DNA of 64,000 nt from a virus. A model generated the notes under the pieces. The model did no database searches and was not told the DNA's origin. It saw only the letters and a program-made list of their open reading frames with translations. The translations under genes and the position numbers were made by a program. The first letter of the stretch is position 1. The number at the start of each line of letters is the position of its first letter. Below are positions 49,622 through 58,740 of this stretch, one piece after another. The DNA lies in the IMG/VR virus record IMGVR_UViG_3300036863_000086, positions 1 to 64,000 of that record, one strand, 5' to 3'.

Positions 49622-49981
49622 ATGGTTGACTCCACCGCCCAACACCTCCTTGCCACCGCCGTTGGCAAGCTCCCATCGTCCCAACTCTACCTCGAAGCCT
49701 TTCTCCTCGACCGTAAAGTTGTCGGTGACCAATACTCGCGCTCCCGCTGTCCCATCGCCAACTACCTTGCATCGGAACTCCGCATTTCTCCCCGAGAACG
49801 AGTTTGGGTTGGTTGGAGCACCGTTTGCATCGTCCGTCGCCGTCCCTTCCTCCCCGCAAAAACCATCGCGCTCGTGAACCTCACGCTCGGCCACAGGGTC
49901 TTCATCCGCAACTTTGATGGTGGTTTCTACCCGTCGCTCATTGCCACGTCCCGTACCGCGTACCCACGAATCCCACAGTAA
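49622..49981 (+). CDS. hypothetical protein (paralog of 50769..51110)
   Basis: FL....V.G......CPIA.YL..EL...FI..FD.G.YP.L. Confidence 0.6.
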   Translation: MVDSTAQHLLATAVGKLPSSQLYLEAFLLDRKVVGDQYSRSRCPIANYLASELRISPRERVWVGWSTVCIVRRRPFLPAKTIALVNLTLGHRVFIRNFDGGFYPSLIATSRTAYPRIPQ

Positions 49982-49996
49982 CTAAACGAAGGAACC

Positions 49997-50734
49997 ATGG
50001 TCGTTGCTGCCAGAAATTGGGAGACGAATGCTGCCTTCTGGATTCGTATCATTCGAGAAAGGCTTGATCCCTACCGCACAGAACTGACTGATGATGCCGT
50101 GCTCAACGAGGTTGGTCCTGCCGAGGGACGGAGAATTCTCGATGCAGGCTGCGGTGAGGGATATATGTCGCGGCTGCTCGCACATCGAGGTGCCAGTGTT
50201 GTAGGAATCGATTCTTGCCAAGCATTGGTTCATGCAGCCCAAGATCACACCACAGAAGGTTTGAGTATTAGCTACGAGGTGGGCGACGTTGGAGCACTGC
50301 CACTAGCTAATACTCAATTCGATATTATCGTATGCAATCACCTCATCAACGACCTTCCCGATCCAGCTATCCCGTTCCAAGAGTTTGCTCGCGTCCTAAA
50401 ACCACGCGGGCGGCTTGTTATCCTTATGCTTCACCCGTGCTTCTCTATCCCCAGATCGACGGAACAGCGATCCAATGGAGGACTGATCAGTTCGGAGTAC
50501 TTTAGGGTGCGACGGATTGAAAAGCACTTCGAAATTGGCGGGGTTACATCGCCCACAACGGTCGTTGTATGGATAAGATCCATAGAGTCTTATAGTGAGC
50601 TGTTGTTCGGTGCCGGCTTCACTATAACTGGACTGCAAGAGCCACGCCCAACAGAGCAGTTACTGCAAGACCCTTGGTGGCGTGTGAGCTTCTCCCAACC
50701 TCGTTTTTTGTTGATAACTGCCAAGAGACGTTGA
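49997..50734 (+). CDS. class I SAM-dependent methyltransferase
   Basis: ILDAGCGEG, GID, FDII, E..RVLKPRGRL; AAGGA RBS. Confidence 0.9.
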   Translation: MVVAARNWETNAAFWIRIIRERLDPYRTELTDDAVLNEVGPAEGRRILDAGCGEGYMSRLLAHRGASVVGIDSCQALVHAAQDHTTEGLSISYEVGDVGALPLANTQFDIIVCNHLINDLPDPAIPFQEFARVLKPRGRLVILMLHPCFSIPRSTEQRSNGGLISSEYFRVRRIEKHFEIGGVTSPTTVVVWIRSIESYSELLFGAGFTITGLQEPRPTEQLLQDPWWRVSFSQPRFLLITAKRR

Positions 50735-50768
50735 CCAGCCCTCGAACTTCGACCACAGGAGAACACTC

Positions 50769-51110
50769 GTGCTCCCGAATCAGGATCTTCTCGAAAAGAC
50801 CATCGGCCTTCTCCCAAAGGAGGGTGCCACCGAAATCGCCAAATTCCTTGAGGCCCAAGGAGTCAAAGGAATCAAAGAAAACGCCACCCAGTGCCCCGTC
50901 GCTCGATGGCTCCAACGCGAACTTGGCGTCGACACCGATGCGCGCGAAACAGTCATCGTCACAGGCCGCATCTCCGCAGCAGTCAACGGTCCCAAAGCAA
51001 TCAACATCGTTGACAGCGTCGCCACCCCACCGAGCGTCCAACACTTCATCCAGAAGTTCGACCTTGGGGACTTCCCCAAGCTGGAGCTTCCTAGGCCACC
51101 AAGCGAATGA
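50769..51110 (+). CDS. hypothetical protein (paralog of 49622..49981)
   Basis: FL...GV.G......CPVA.WL..EL...FI..FD.G.FP.L; AGGAG RBS. Confidence 0.65.
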   Translation: MLPNQDLLEKTIGLLPKEGATEIAKFLEAQGVKGIKENATQCPVARWLQRELGVDTDARETVIVTGRISAAVNGPKAINIVDSVATPPSVQHFIQKFDLGDFPKLELPRPPSE

Positions 51111-51408
51111 CCTTCTATCGCGTTCTCCCAGTTCCTACTCTCGCCCAGGTATCCCAGGACACTGACGAACGTCGGCCAGCAAAAAAGTTGACCGTTCAAG
51201 AACCTGCCAAACAGCAATAGGGAGAGCCCGTCCGTCACGTTTGCGCGATTTGACGGAATTTTCTAATATAGTTACTTTGAGCTATTTGACAGCTTTGCGA
51301 ACTTCGTCGAAAAAGAGAGTCTTGAAGGAATTGAGCTCTTTGGCCTGAATGTAGGACTCGAGGATCTTGCACACTTTGACAAGATTGCGAGATATCGAAG
51401 AAATTGAT

Positions 51409-51437
51409 TGGACGGTGTAGGTACACCATGATAGTCT
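51409..51437 (+). promoter_or_regulatory. sigma70-type promoter with palindromic operator in spacer
   Basis: TGGACG-N17-TAGTCT; GGTGTA-GG-TACACC at 51414-51427. Confidence 0.5.
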
Positions 51438-51488
51438 GATCACAGCTCGGACCAGGCCGAGCGGTGCAACTCGGACAAGGAGGACGGC

Positions 51489-51638
51489 ATGCGCAAGACA
51501 GCCAAGGGCTTCATTGAGGCCATAAGGGACGAGACGGGCGTAGAGGACGGATGCCCCGTGTGCACCGGACACCTCGAAGACGACGAATGTGTGGATTGTG
51601 GTACGAACTTCGCAGATGAGGCGGAGATCGACTACTGA
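51489..51638 (+). CDS. small Zn-ribbon protein (49 aa)
   Basis: Read manually; AAGGAGG RBS; CPVC...CVDC. Confidence 0.6.
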   Translation: MRKTAKGFIEAIRDETGVEDGCPVCTGHLEDDECVDCGTNFADEAEIDY

Positions 51639-51653
51639 GACAAGGAGGATGGC

Positions 51654-51764
51654 ATGGACATGTTTCCCAAACTGCTTCACATGCTCGTGACGGTCGGGTC
51701 GGGCGGATGGCTCACTCTGACCGTGTGGGGCGAGTACGCCAGACTGTGGATCTCGGCTAGGTAG
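51654..51764 (+). CDS. small hydrophobic peptide (36 aa)
   Basis: Read manually; AAGGAGG RBS. Confidence 0.45.
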   Translation: MDMFPKLLHMLVTVGSGGWLTLTVWGEYARLWISAR

Positions 51765-51780
51765 GACAAGGCGCCTATAC

Positions 51781-51814
51781 CGGGCAGGCCGGGCAGGCCG
51801 GGCAGGCCGGGCAG
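51781..51814. repeat. 9-bp tandem repeat (CGGGCAGGC) x3.8
   Basis: Directly visible. Confidence 0.85.
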
Positions 51815-51890
51815 AGGGTTCGATCCCCTCGATAGGCACGAGCAGGACCGCGACGGCCGACCCGTCGCGGAGTCGGACAAGGAGGTCGAA

Positions 51891-52028
51891 GTGGACAGTA
51901 TCGACAGGGAGGTCATTCGGCGCAGGAAGGCCAGGCGTGCCAAGCTGGCCAAGCGTGTCGAACGCACCATGCAGACCAAGCGGCCCAGAGGACGCGGAAG
52001 CGATTTCGCGGACTTCCTGAGGAAGTAG
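51891..52028 (+). CDS. small basic protein (45 aa)
   Basis: Read manually; AAGGAGG RBS before GTG. Confidence 0.55.
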   Translation: MDSIDREVIRRRKARRAKLAKRVERTMQTKRPRGRGSDFADFLRK

Positions 52029-52034
52029 GACATA

Positions 52035-52415
52035 ATGGCCAAGTCAGCTTTCGAGGACGCAATGGGCGCAACGGAAAAAGCGTACGCTCACCTCGTTGCG
52101 CCCAAGCGCCCCAAGGGTACCCCTCTTCGCAATATCCGCATCTCGGACGAGCTCTGGGCGGCGGCCGGGAAAGTGGCCAAAGCGACCGATCAGGACATAT
52201 CGAGCATGATCCGCGGACTGCTCGTCGAGTACATCGGGGAGTTCGAGGACGAAGAGGAGCTACGTCGTAACCTCGCCGAAACGGTCGAGATGATCGAGAT
52301 CGCCAAGCCGGACGAAGAGGTCGAGCCCGACGAGCGAGTCAAAGCGTGGAGAATCCGCCAAGCCGACTTTGACGCTAAGCTCCGCGAAGAGGCCAAACTG
52401 GCCAAGCGTCGCTAA
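52035..52415 (+). CDS. ribbon-helix-helix DNA-binding protein
   Basis: TPLRNIRISDELW.AA...A......S.MIR.LL..Y. Confidence 0.75.
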   Translation: MAKSAFEDAMGATEKAYAHLVAPKRPKGTPLRNIRISDELWAAAGKVAKATDQDISSMIRGLLVEYIGEFEDEEELRRNLAETVEMIEIAKPDEEVEPDERVKAWRIRQADFDAKLREEAKLAKRR

Positions 52416-52426
52416 CCTCCCAGATC

Positions 52427-52460
52427 GGAAAAAGCCCCTCCCGAGGGGGCTTTTTCCTTT
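52427..52460. terminator. bidirectional intrinsic terminator
   Basis: AAAAAGCCCCTC-CCGA-GGGGGCTTTTT between convergent genes. Confidence 0.85.
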
Positions 52461-52506
52461 TTGTCCATCTTGCGACGGCCGGCCCGTCGCAAGACCGGAT
52501 TGTCCG

Positions 52507-52965
52507 TTACGAGAGCTGATCGTGGTGTGTCTCGTATGGGCAGCTCGAGTCTTGTATGCAGTCTGTTCCTCTTGGGCAACATACGCCGTTTCGGCAACAT
52601 AGCTTGTCTCGGATACTTGCGCGGTATACACGCTCTCGTGCTGATATGTCTGATAACTTCACAATATCGTATGTGGAGAGATCGTACCAAAGGTTCAACC
52701 AGCGCTCTCTGCGCCACTTGCTCTCATTGCCTGGATGACGAAACTTTTCAGGTTCGTGCGTATCTTCCGCTAAGTTCGCATCGCGCAGCCAATCAGAAAA
52801 GACTATATAGTGCCATTTCTGAGGGCTGCTACGTTTGCTAGGATTGGGAAACATACCCCTTCTGCGCCAGTCTCGGAGGGTATAGTCGCTTATGCAAAGA
52901 GCGTCGCATATGTCATCAATTGTGAGGAATGTGTTGCCAACGCGCTCTGGCTCTTTTGCGAACAT
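52507..52965 (-). CDS. MerR/excisionase-like HTH DNA-binding protein
   Basis: LTIDDICDALCISDYTLRDWRRRGMFPNP; GAGGA RBS. Confidence 0.65.
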   Translation of the reverse strand: MFAKEPERVGNTFLTIDDICDALCISDYTLRDWRRRGMFPNPSKRSSPQKWHYIVFSDWLRDANLAEDTHEPEKFRHPGNESKWRRERWLNLWYDLSTYDIVKLSDISARERVYRASIRDKLCCRNGVCCPRGTDCIQDSSCPYETHHDQLS

Positions 52966-53079
52966 TCTGGCCGTTCCTCTCTATGAAGATTAGACGATGA
53001 GAGCGCACTTTAGACGATTACCGCTCTCTGACAGTCTACCATAGGTTCGGCGGTTCGGTTGTTTGTGATGGGCCTGTTA

Positions 53080-53205
53080 ACAACACGTATTATAACTGGT
53101 TTAGAACTACAACTACTACTTTACCACCTATAATATGCCCTGTACTATATATATACTAATAGTATAGTATAGTAGTATAGGTACATAATTGAGTAGAATA
53201 TTGGT
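53080..53205. other. AT-rich low-complexity tract (candidate origin or terminus)
   Basis: TACTATATATATACTAATAGTATAGTATAGTAGTATA in a mid-GC genome. Confidence 0.45.
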
Positions 53206-53436
53206 CAGAACATGCCATTCGCGGAAAATAAAGGACACTCATATGCTCGTATCGGCATATTGGCTTGTCAAAGGCTTGTCAAAGTGTATGCACTTGCAGA
53301 AGACGCCATGACTGGTCACAGCAGGCCATATGTGGTCACCCGTCTCCCTATTGCCACTCATCACTGTCATTAGTTGACATGAGCGGTCAATTTTCGTCAA
53401 GACGCACCTTAGATCACATATGTCTGAATAGACCCG

Positions 53437-53466
53437 TTGCGCTCTGAGCGCCAGCTCTGGGACAAT
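53437..53466 (+). promoter_or_regulatory. putative early promoter
   Basis: TTGCGC-N18-(TGG)GACAAT immediately before the structured leader. Confidence 0.45.
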
Positions 53467-53471
53467 GGACT

Positions 53472-54215
53472 CTCCGGGCGGAGTATGCCCGGAGCGGTCC
53501 TTTGAGAACTACAGAGCGAGCGAGACCGGCTCTCCCGAGGGTTCCCTTGGGGAGCTGGGCGACCACCAGTCCCTTTCAGGGGAGCAGGAGGCCGAGACCA
53601 TCCGGGGAAGAGTGCATCCCTGGCAGGCCCAGCACGACCGTCAACGACGGATCAGGGAACCGCCAGGACACGCCGGAGCCGAAAGTTTCGCGGCATGTCG
53701 GATCACGCGCCTGGATTTTCCGACCAGGGAATGCCGACCATGCGACAGGGTTTCGATTAGGTTTCTCGCTCGCAACGTTCATTGAGAACTAAATAGACGA
53801 GAAAAGAGTAGCCGGAGAAATTGGCTTTGTGGTTTGCGCTTGATGAATACGTCGCGCAAACAGAAATCGGAATCAGTTTGTAGTTCTCGGAATTCTGGAC
53901 AAAGCTAAAAGTACCCTTGAGTTTGAGGCAAAAGCGCGAGCGTAGTGAAAACTTTAAAAGACCGAATTGCGATGATGTTCCTTAGCTGATTGATGTTGTG
54001 AGTCTCAGCGAAAGATTGAAATAGGGAATGAGCGAGGGTTGTCTGCGCGAAGACCGTTCGAGAGTCAATGACGTGCAATTCGTCATTGCTAGCGCAGTAG
54101 GAATAACCCTACTGTGGCATAGGCCACGATAAACTGACAAAGGCTACTCGCCACGTTTCAATAAGCCAAAGCTACAGCCGATTCACAATAGGCCGTAAAA
54201 CTAGGCGAAAGTGGA
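53472..54215 (+). ncRNA. long structured leader / candidate large ncRNA with two boxA-like motifs
   Basis: No credible ORF; stems 53516-25/53764-73, 53806-13/54142-49, 53501-15/53877-91; TTGAGAACTA at 53502 and 53782. Confidence 0.5.
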
Positions 54216-54321
54216 AATGCACATAGGCGCGTATTGACTGGCCATTTCGAGCAGTGAAAACCAAAGCATCAATTACTTATGGTAATGGTGCAAAGCTCGA
54301 AAAAAGAAAAGAGAAACCGAA

Positions 54322-54630
54322 ATGGCTGTTGAGATCAGGTACACGGACGACGAGGGCAACCTGCTGTTCACCACGCGGGACATGACTGTGGTGGAGAACT
54401 TCCAGAAGGCCGAGAAGAAGGTCGCGGCGCTGGCGGAGGCCGAGAAGATCCTGGCGCGGCGTGAGCGCCTGGTCAGGGAAGCGCTCGACACGCTGGCCAA
54501 GCTGCGGAAGGACGTCACCGAGGGCCTGCCGGACGGCGCGCGGGTTGCCAAGTCTGGCGACACCTACGCGATCACGTTCGAGCCGGAGGACAGCGCCAGC
54601 GCGCCGAGCGAGAACGGCGCGGCCAGCTAG
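54322..54630 (+). CDS. early hypothetical protein
   Basis: High-GC codon bias; enclosed by IR pair. Confidence 0.75.
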   Translation: MAVEIRYTDDEGNLLFTTRDMTVVENFQKAEKKVAALAEAEKILARRERLVREALDTLAKLRKDVTEGLPDGARVAKSGDTYAITFEPEDSASAPSENGAAS

Positions 54631-54796
54631 AACGCCGAGATCGGCGACAACTTCATACCGGGCGGCCGGCCCCAGCACCACGTAACACCGTAGCAACCGC
54701 AACAAAGCGAAATGGCCAGCCAATTCGCGCCTATGTGCAAAGTACGCGAGTTTTTGAAACGTGGATACATGCTTCCTAAGCAGGAAAAGCGATTTT

Positions 54797-54816
54797 GCCG
54801 CGCAAGCGGCTTTTTT
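54797..54816 (+). terminator. intrinsic terminator
   Basis: GCCGC-GCAA-GCGGC-TTTTTT. Confidence 0.7.
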
Positions 54817-54903
54817 GCTTTTCCAAGGGAAAGCAGGGAATTGAGAGTTTCTCGCGTCCACTCCAACAAAAAACAACTCCAATTGGTAAGTGGAGTGATC
54901 CAG

Positions 54904-55080
54904 ATGCGAAAAACCCTGTCCGACCTGTTTCTGTGGGCTGGTTGGACACTGGCCGATAAGGCCAGCCCAACAGAAACTCCAGCTTCCATGGACTACAGGG
55001 AAATGCTGCCGTTGTCCGAGCGGCATTTCTACGTCCAGCCGGTCGGGTTCCAGCCAAGCAAAAAGCGGGTGTCGGCATGA
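54904..55080 (+). CDS. early hypothetical protein
   Basis: GGAG RBS, ATG 54904. Confidence 0.55.
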   Translation: MRKTLSDLFLWAGWTLADKASPTETPASMDYREMLPLSERHFYVQPVGFQPSKKRVSA

Positions 55081-55295
55081 GACTCGCGGTTGCTGTGGTT
55101 GTGGTCGGTTGGTTGCTCGTGTTCGGCGCGATCGCGCTGCACACGGACTGGTCGGAAACGTCGGCTCCAGCAACGCCAACGTACGTCGTCCAGAACAACG
55201 AGGTCCAGACTCCTGTGGGAATGTGCCGAACGGAAGATTCCTGTTCGGTCGATTTCCACGGTGGTCAGTACACGATCCGGCAGGTGACGCCATGA
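55077..55295 (+). CDS. small membrane/secreted protein
   Basis: N-terminal TM helix; ATGA overlap. Confidence 0.6.
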   Translation: MRLAVAVVVVGWLLVFGAIALHTDWSETSAPATPTYVVQNNEVQTPVGMCRTEDSCSVDFHGGQYTIRQVTP

Positions 55296-55390
55296 CGCCG
55301 GAACAGCAGATTTTCGGGATTTACCTGATCCTGGTGATCGTGATACTCCAGCGGAAACTCTGGCATGACTTTGGCAAGCACGACACCTAG
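55292..55390 (+). CDS. small membrane peptide (32 aa)
   Basis: ATGA overlap; hydrophobic core. Confidence 0.45.
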   Translation: MTPEQQIFGIYLILVIVILQRKLWHDFGKHDT

Positions 55391-55506
55391 AGAGACCAAC
55401 AACGTGAGGAACTTTCAATTCCCTGCTTTCCCACGCTTGGGAGCATGTTTTGGCGAGTCATTTCCAACCTCTGGAAGAAATTCCAGGGAAAAAAGGAAGT
55501 GACAAG

Positions 55507-55962
55507 ATGAAAGCCAAGTGGTTTTACGACGTGGAGGTCGTGACCAATGGTGCTGTTTCGTCGCACCAGACGTTCACCTCCGACTGCTTCGACGGGGAAA
55601 CAGACCCGATGGCGGAATTCATCGCGGACGTGGAACACTTCACGAGCGGGTCCAGCAAGCCAACGGAGGTTTTCGTCCAGTTCCACGAGCACGAGCCGTT
55701 TTCCGATGGCGAGGATGTCTGTGGTCAGTTTGAAACGGACGGGCACCCGACCTATTCGTGGAACATGGAAAACGACGTTTCCAAGGTTCCGCAGAAGGTT
55801 CATGTGGTCGACTGGACTGGCGAGGATTTCCCGCATGGCGAGGAATGGTCGCCAGGGTTCGCGCCGTACGTGTTTCGCTGGACGTTCGATGACGACGCGG
55901 ACGTGGGGTTTCCGTGGTTTCCGCCGTCCATGACGTTTCGGTGGGATCGGCGCCATGACTGA
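55507..55962 (+). CDS. early hypothetical protein
   Basis: AAGGA RBS before ATG 55507. Confidence 0.65.
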   Translation: MKAKWFYDVEVVTNGAVSSHQTFTSDCFDGETDPMAEFIADVEHFTSGSSKPTEVFVQFHEHEPFSDGEDVCGQFETDGHPTYSWNMENDVSKVPQKVHVVDWTGEDFPHGEEWSPGFAPYVFRWTFDDDADVGFPWFPPSMTFRWDRRHD

Positions 55963-56137
55963 ACTTTCCACCAACCTGGAAACCGGCGAAACCTACAAAG
56001 CGAGGTTTCGGCGTCCTGATGGCGAGCTGGAAACGAAAGAATTCTCCGGCGCCGATTGGGATGCGTGCTGGAAGATGGCTGTTGACCATGCAGCCGCTTC
56101 GAACAGCAAACTCCAGATGTTCAAGATCCAGAAGTAA
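55955..56137 (+). CDS. early hypothetical protein
   Basis: Coupled ORF inside IR pair. Confidence 0.6.
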   Translation: MTELSTNLETGETYKARFRRPDGELETKEFSGADWDACWKMAVDHAAASNSKLQMFKIQK

Positions 56138-56241
56138 CGACGACGGTAACGATGCGAAATGACCCGCCAAAACATGCTCTCAAGTTTGCTTGGAAGCCTC
56201 TTGAATGAGCTGCTGCGCGAAATTCCAAGAAGGAGAACGAC

Positions 56242-56637
56242 ATGGGAATTTCCGCAAGGATGATGCCCGACGTGTTTTCCGAGAACGGGAAAACCTACCA
56301 CGAGCACCTTGTTTCGGTGCATGCGAGCGAGCGGTCCAACTACGAAATCCGGTGTTCTTGTGGGCACTTGGGTTTCGTCGCGTCGGTGTCCGACGTGTTC
56401 GCGGCAAACTGCGCCCTTGACCACGTCAAGGAAATGCAGCCGGACTCCGGCTATCAGGAAGCCGTTCGATCTGCTGTAACCGAGTATCACGCCAGGAAAG
56501 ACTTCGAGCAGGACTTTTCGGAGAAGATGATCCTCCTGAACAGAGGACTCCACCCCTGCAAGAAAGTTGCAGATGGCCAGCACTATTTTTCGGTGGTGAC
56601 TGGCATCTGCCACGCCTGCGGCGCGCTGGAGAAGTAA
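56242..56637 (+). CDS. early hypothetical protein with Cys/His motifs
   Basis: AAGGAG RBS; CSCG..H, CHACG. Confidence 0.7.
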   Translation: MGISARMMPDVFSENGKTYHEHLVSVHASERSNYEIRCSCGHLGFVASVSDVFAANCALDHVKEMQPDSGYQEAVRSAVTEYHARKDFEQDFSEKMILLNRGLHPCKKVADGQHYFSVVTGICHACGALEK

Positions 56638-56748
56638 CTCCAAACGCGCAGTAACTCATTCATGAGGGTTCCAAGCGTTGCTTAGGAAGCTGTAGAAAGC
56701 TGGAAATGAGGGTTTCTCGCTCCAACTGGTAACGATGCAAAGGAATGC

Positions 56749-56922
56749 ATGATGGCCGAGAACCCTGAGAACCCCAAGGATGGTTTGGCGTCGATTGTCG
56801 ACGTGAAGAACTTCTTCGAGTACGAGAACATCTCGAAGTTCCGCGCCGACTGGCAGAAGTTGTCCGACGTTGACAAGGTGCAGCTCCGGCTGGGCATCGG
56901 CGAGGGTACCCTGACCTACTGA
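56749..56922 (+). CDS. early hypothetical protein (57 aa)
   Basis: Read manually; AAGGA RBS; ...DVKNFF...FRADW..LSD.DK.QLR.GI..GTLTY. Confidence 0.65.
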   Translation: MMAENPENPKDGLASIVDVKNFFEYENISKFRADWQKLSDVDKVQLRLGIGEGTLTY

Positions 56923-57054
56923 GTTTTTCCACGCGAGGAACCTTCATTTCCAGCTTTCTACTGCTCAAGTAGCAAGTTAACGGGATTGTCAGTGTGCGGG
57001 ATACATGCATTGGTTGGCTCCTCCACGAACAACGAACAACGAGGAGAACAGCCA

Positions 57055-58461
57055 ATGGCAAACCTACTATTTCCCCGCAGCAAGCCTCCGTCATTTTCTC
57101 GTGCCAACCCAACCACGATGGACCTCGAAAGGATCATCGAAGAAATCGCGGACGATCCTTTCCAGATGGACACCGGCATGCGGATCATGATGAAGCGGAA
57201 GAAGGAGTTCAACAACGAGCTGGCCGCAAAACTGACCGGGATCGCGCTCAACCCCGTTTCCAAGGCGTACCTGGAAAACCGCCTCGACGATATCTGGTCC
57301 GCGTCGTCAGGGAGGATCGTCCTTGGCAATGCCGGAACCACGACCATGCCGGAAGTCATCATCGGCAGCGGTTTCCACGCTGCCGTGTACGCCGCGATCC
57401 GGGTCCAGGCGGGATTTCCCAAGCCATTCGTGCTCGAACGAGGAAAGCGCGCTGGCGGCGTGTTTGCCGTTCCTGGGCCAGCGTTCTTCCTGAATTCGCG
57501 GAACCGCCCAGGCGGAATCGGGCTGGCAGGAGATTCCGGCGCAAACCCAAACTACCTGCCCGGCGCACCGATCCAGACCGCGAACATCTCCAGCGGCGAC
57601 TACCAGACCAACGCGGACATGGCGCTCGTGATCCGGCTGACACTCGCCAAGTACGCGAACGTGCTCACGGAGTTTCCTGTCAGCGAAGTCGATTACTTCG
57701 CCGAGCGATACACACTCCTTTCGACAGGTGGTCGGAAACTCCAAGCGTCTCGAATCATCGACGCGCGCGGACTCGGCGACCCGCTCGGCAAGACCACGGC
57801 GAACGGAACAACCATCCTGACGTTTCCGCAGTTCATGGAAAGGATGGGCAGCGAAACCTGGCCGCTGCGGGATATTCGTCGTGCGGCAGTGCTCGGCAGC
57901 GGCGATGCTGCGCGGTGTTCGCTGGAAGCGTTGCTCGGAATTGGTCCACTTCCGGCAATGTCCATTCCTGCGCTCGACATGGTCGATCGGGTCGACGCCT
58001 ACGGGGAACTTCCCGACACGATGGAATCATGGTGCGACCGGGAACGTGGCCGGTACAACAAAATCGGCCGATTCCTCCGGCCGGATCGGTTCGGCATCAA
58101 GCGGTTGAACGTGTACGCGGATGGCGAGCGGCCGTCGCCAGTTTCCATCCCGAACGAAACGGTGCTGGTGAACGGCCGCAGCTACGACCTCGTCATTCTC
58201 GCAACCGGAAATCGTGAGGAGTCCGTTCCCGGCCTGGGAACGTCCAGCGACTTCGAACGCTACAACGTTAGCGACGTTGCAGTCGCCACGCGGAGTTACT
58301 ACTCCGGTGGCGACCTTTTCCGAGTTGGACCGCACGCGCGGCTCGGGTTTTCTCGGCTGGAGCGGAATGCCGGCGTCGCGGAAATCCCCAACAACGCGGT
58401 CTCGATGTTCCGGCTGGCCAGCAAAACCGCCACGCTCGCAGCAACACTTCCCGGCATCTGA
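57055..58461 (+). CDS. FAD/NAD(P)-dependent oxidoreductase (two Rossmann motifs, monooxygenase-like)
   Basis: VIIGSGFHAA...VLER...GG; AVLGSGDAA; YDLVILATG; GAGGAG RBS. Confidence 0.7.
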   Translation: MANLLFPRSKPPSFSRANPTTMDLERIIEEIADDPFQMDTGMRIMMKRKKEFNNELAAKLTGIALNPVSKAYLENRLDDIWSASSGRIVLGNAGTTTMPEVIIGSGFHAAVYAAIRVQAGFPKPFVLERGKRAGGVFAVPGPAFFLNSRNRPGGIGLAGDSGANPNYLPGAPIQTANISSGDYQTNADMALVIRLTLAKYANVLTEFPVSEVDYFAERYTLLSTGGRKLQASRIIDARGLGDPLGKTTANGTTILTFPQFMERMGSETWPLRDIRRAAVLGSGDAARCSLEALLGIGPLPAMSIPALDMVDRVDAYGELPDTMESWCDRERGRYNKIGRFLRPDRFGIKRLNVYADGERPSPVSIPNETVLVNGRSYDLVILATGNREESVPGLGTSSDFERYNVSDVAVATRSYYSGGDLFRVGPHARLGFSRLERNAGVAEIPNNAVSMFRLASKTATLAATLPGI

Positions 58462-58740
58462 ATCACTACCGGGTAACTGGTGCCAGCCAATGCTTGCATC
58501 CTTCACAACGACAGTCCCGTTTACTTGCTACTTGAGCGCTGGACTTTTCAGATGGACCACAGAACAACGCGATATGTGCTGCGCTCTGCGTTTGAGGAAC
58601 GTCAAGGTTGGAGCAACCATAAAAGACACTCCACTTGCCAAGGTTCCCGTTCTGTGGTCCTTTTGAGAAGTCCAGCTTGTTGTTTGGCGTTTGAAAGTGG
58701 ATTGTTTCGTCCGATGGTAAGAACAACAAAGGATGGAACA

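Noticed and set aside
52507-52965. Prophage integration module
   Set aside because: Only an excisionase-like HTH; no integrase, att site or host genes in the window
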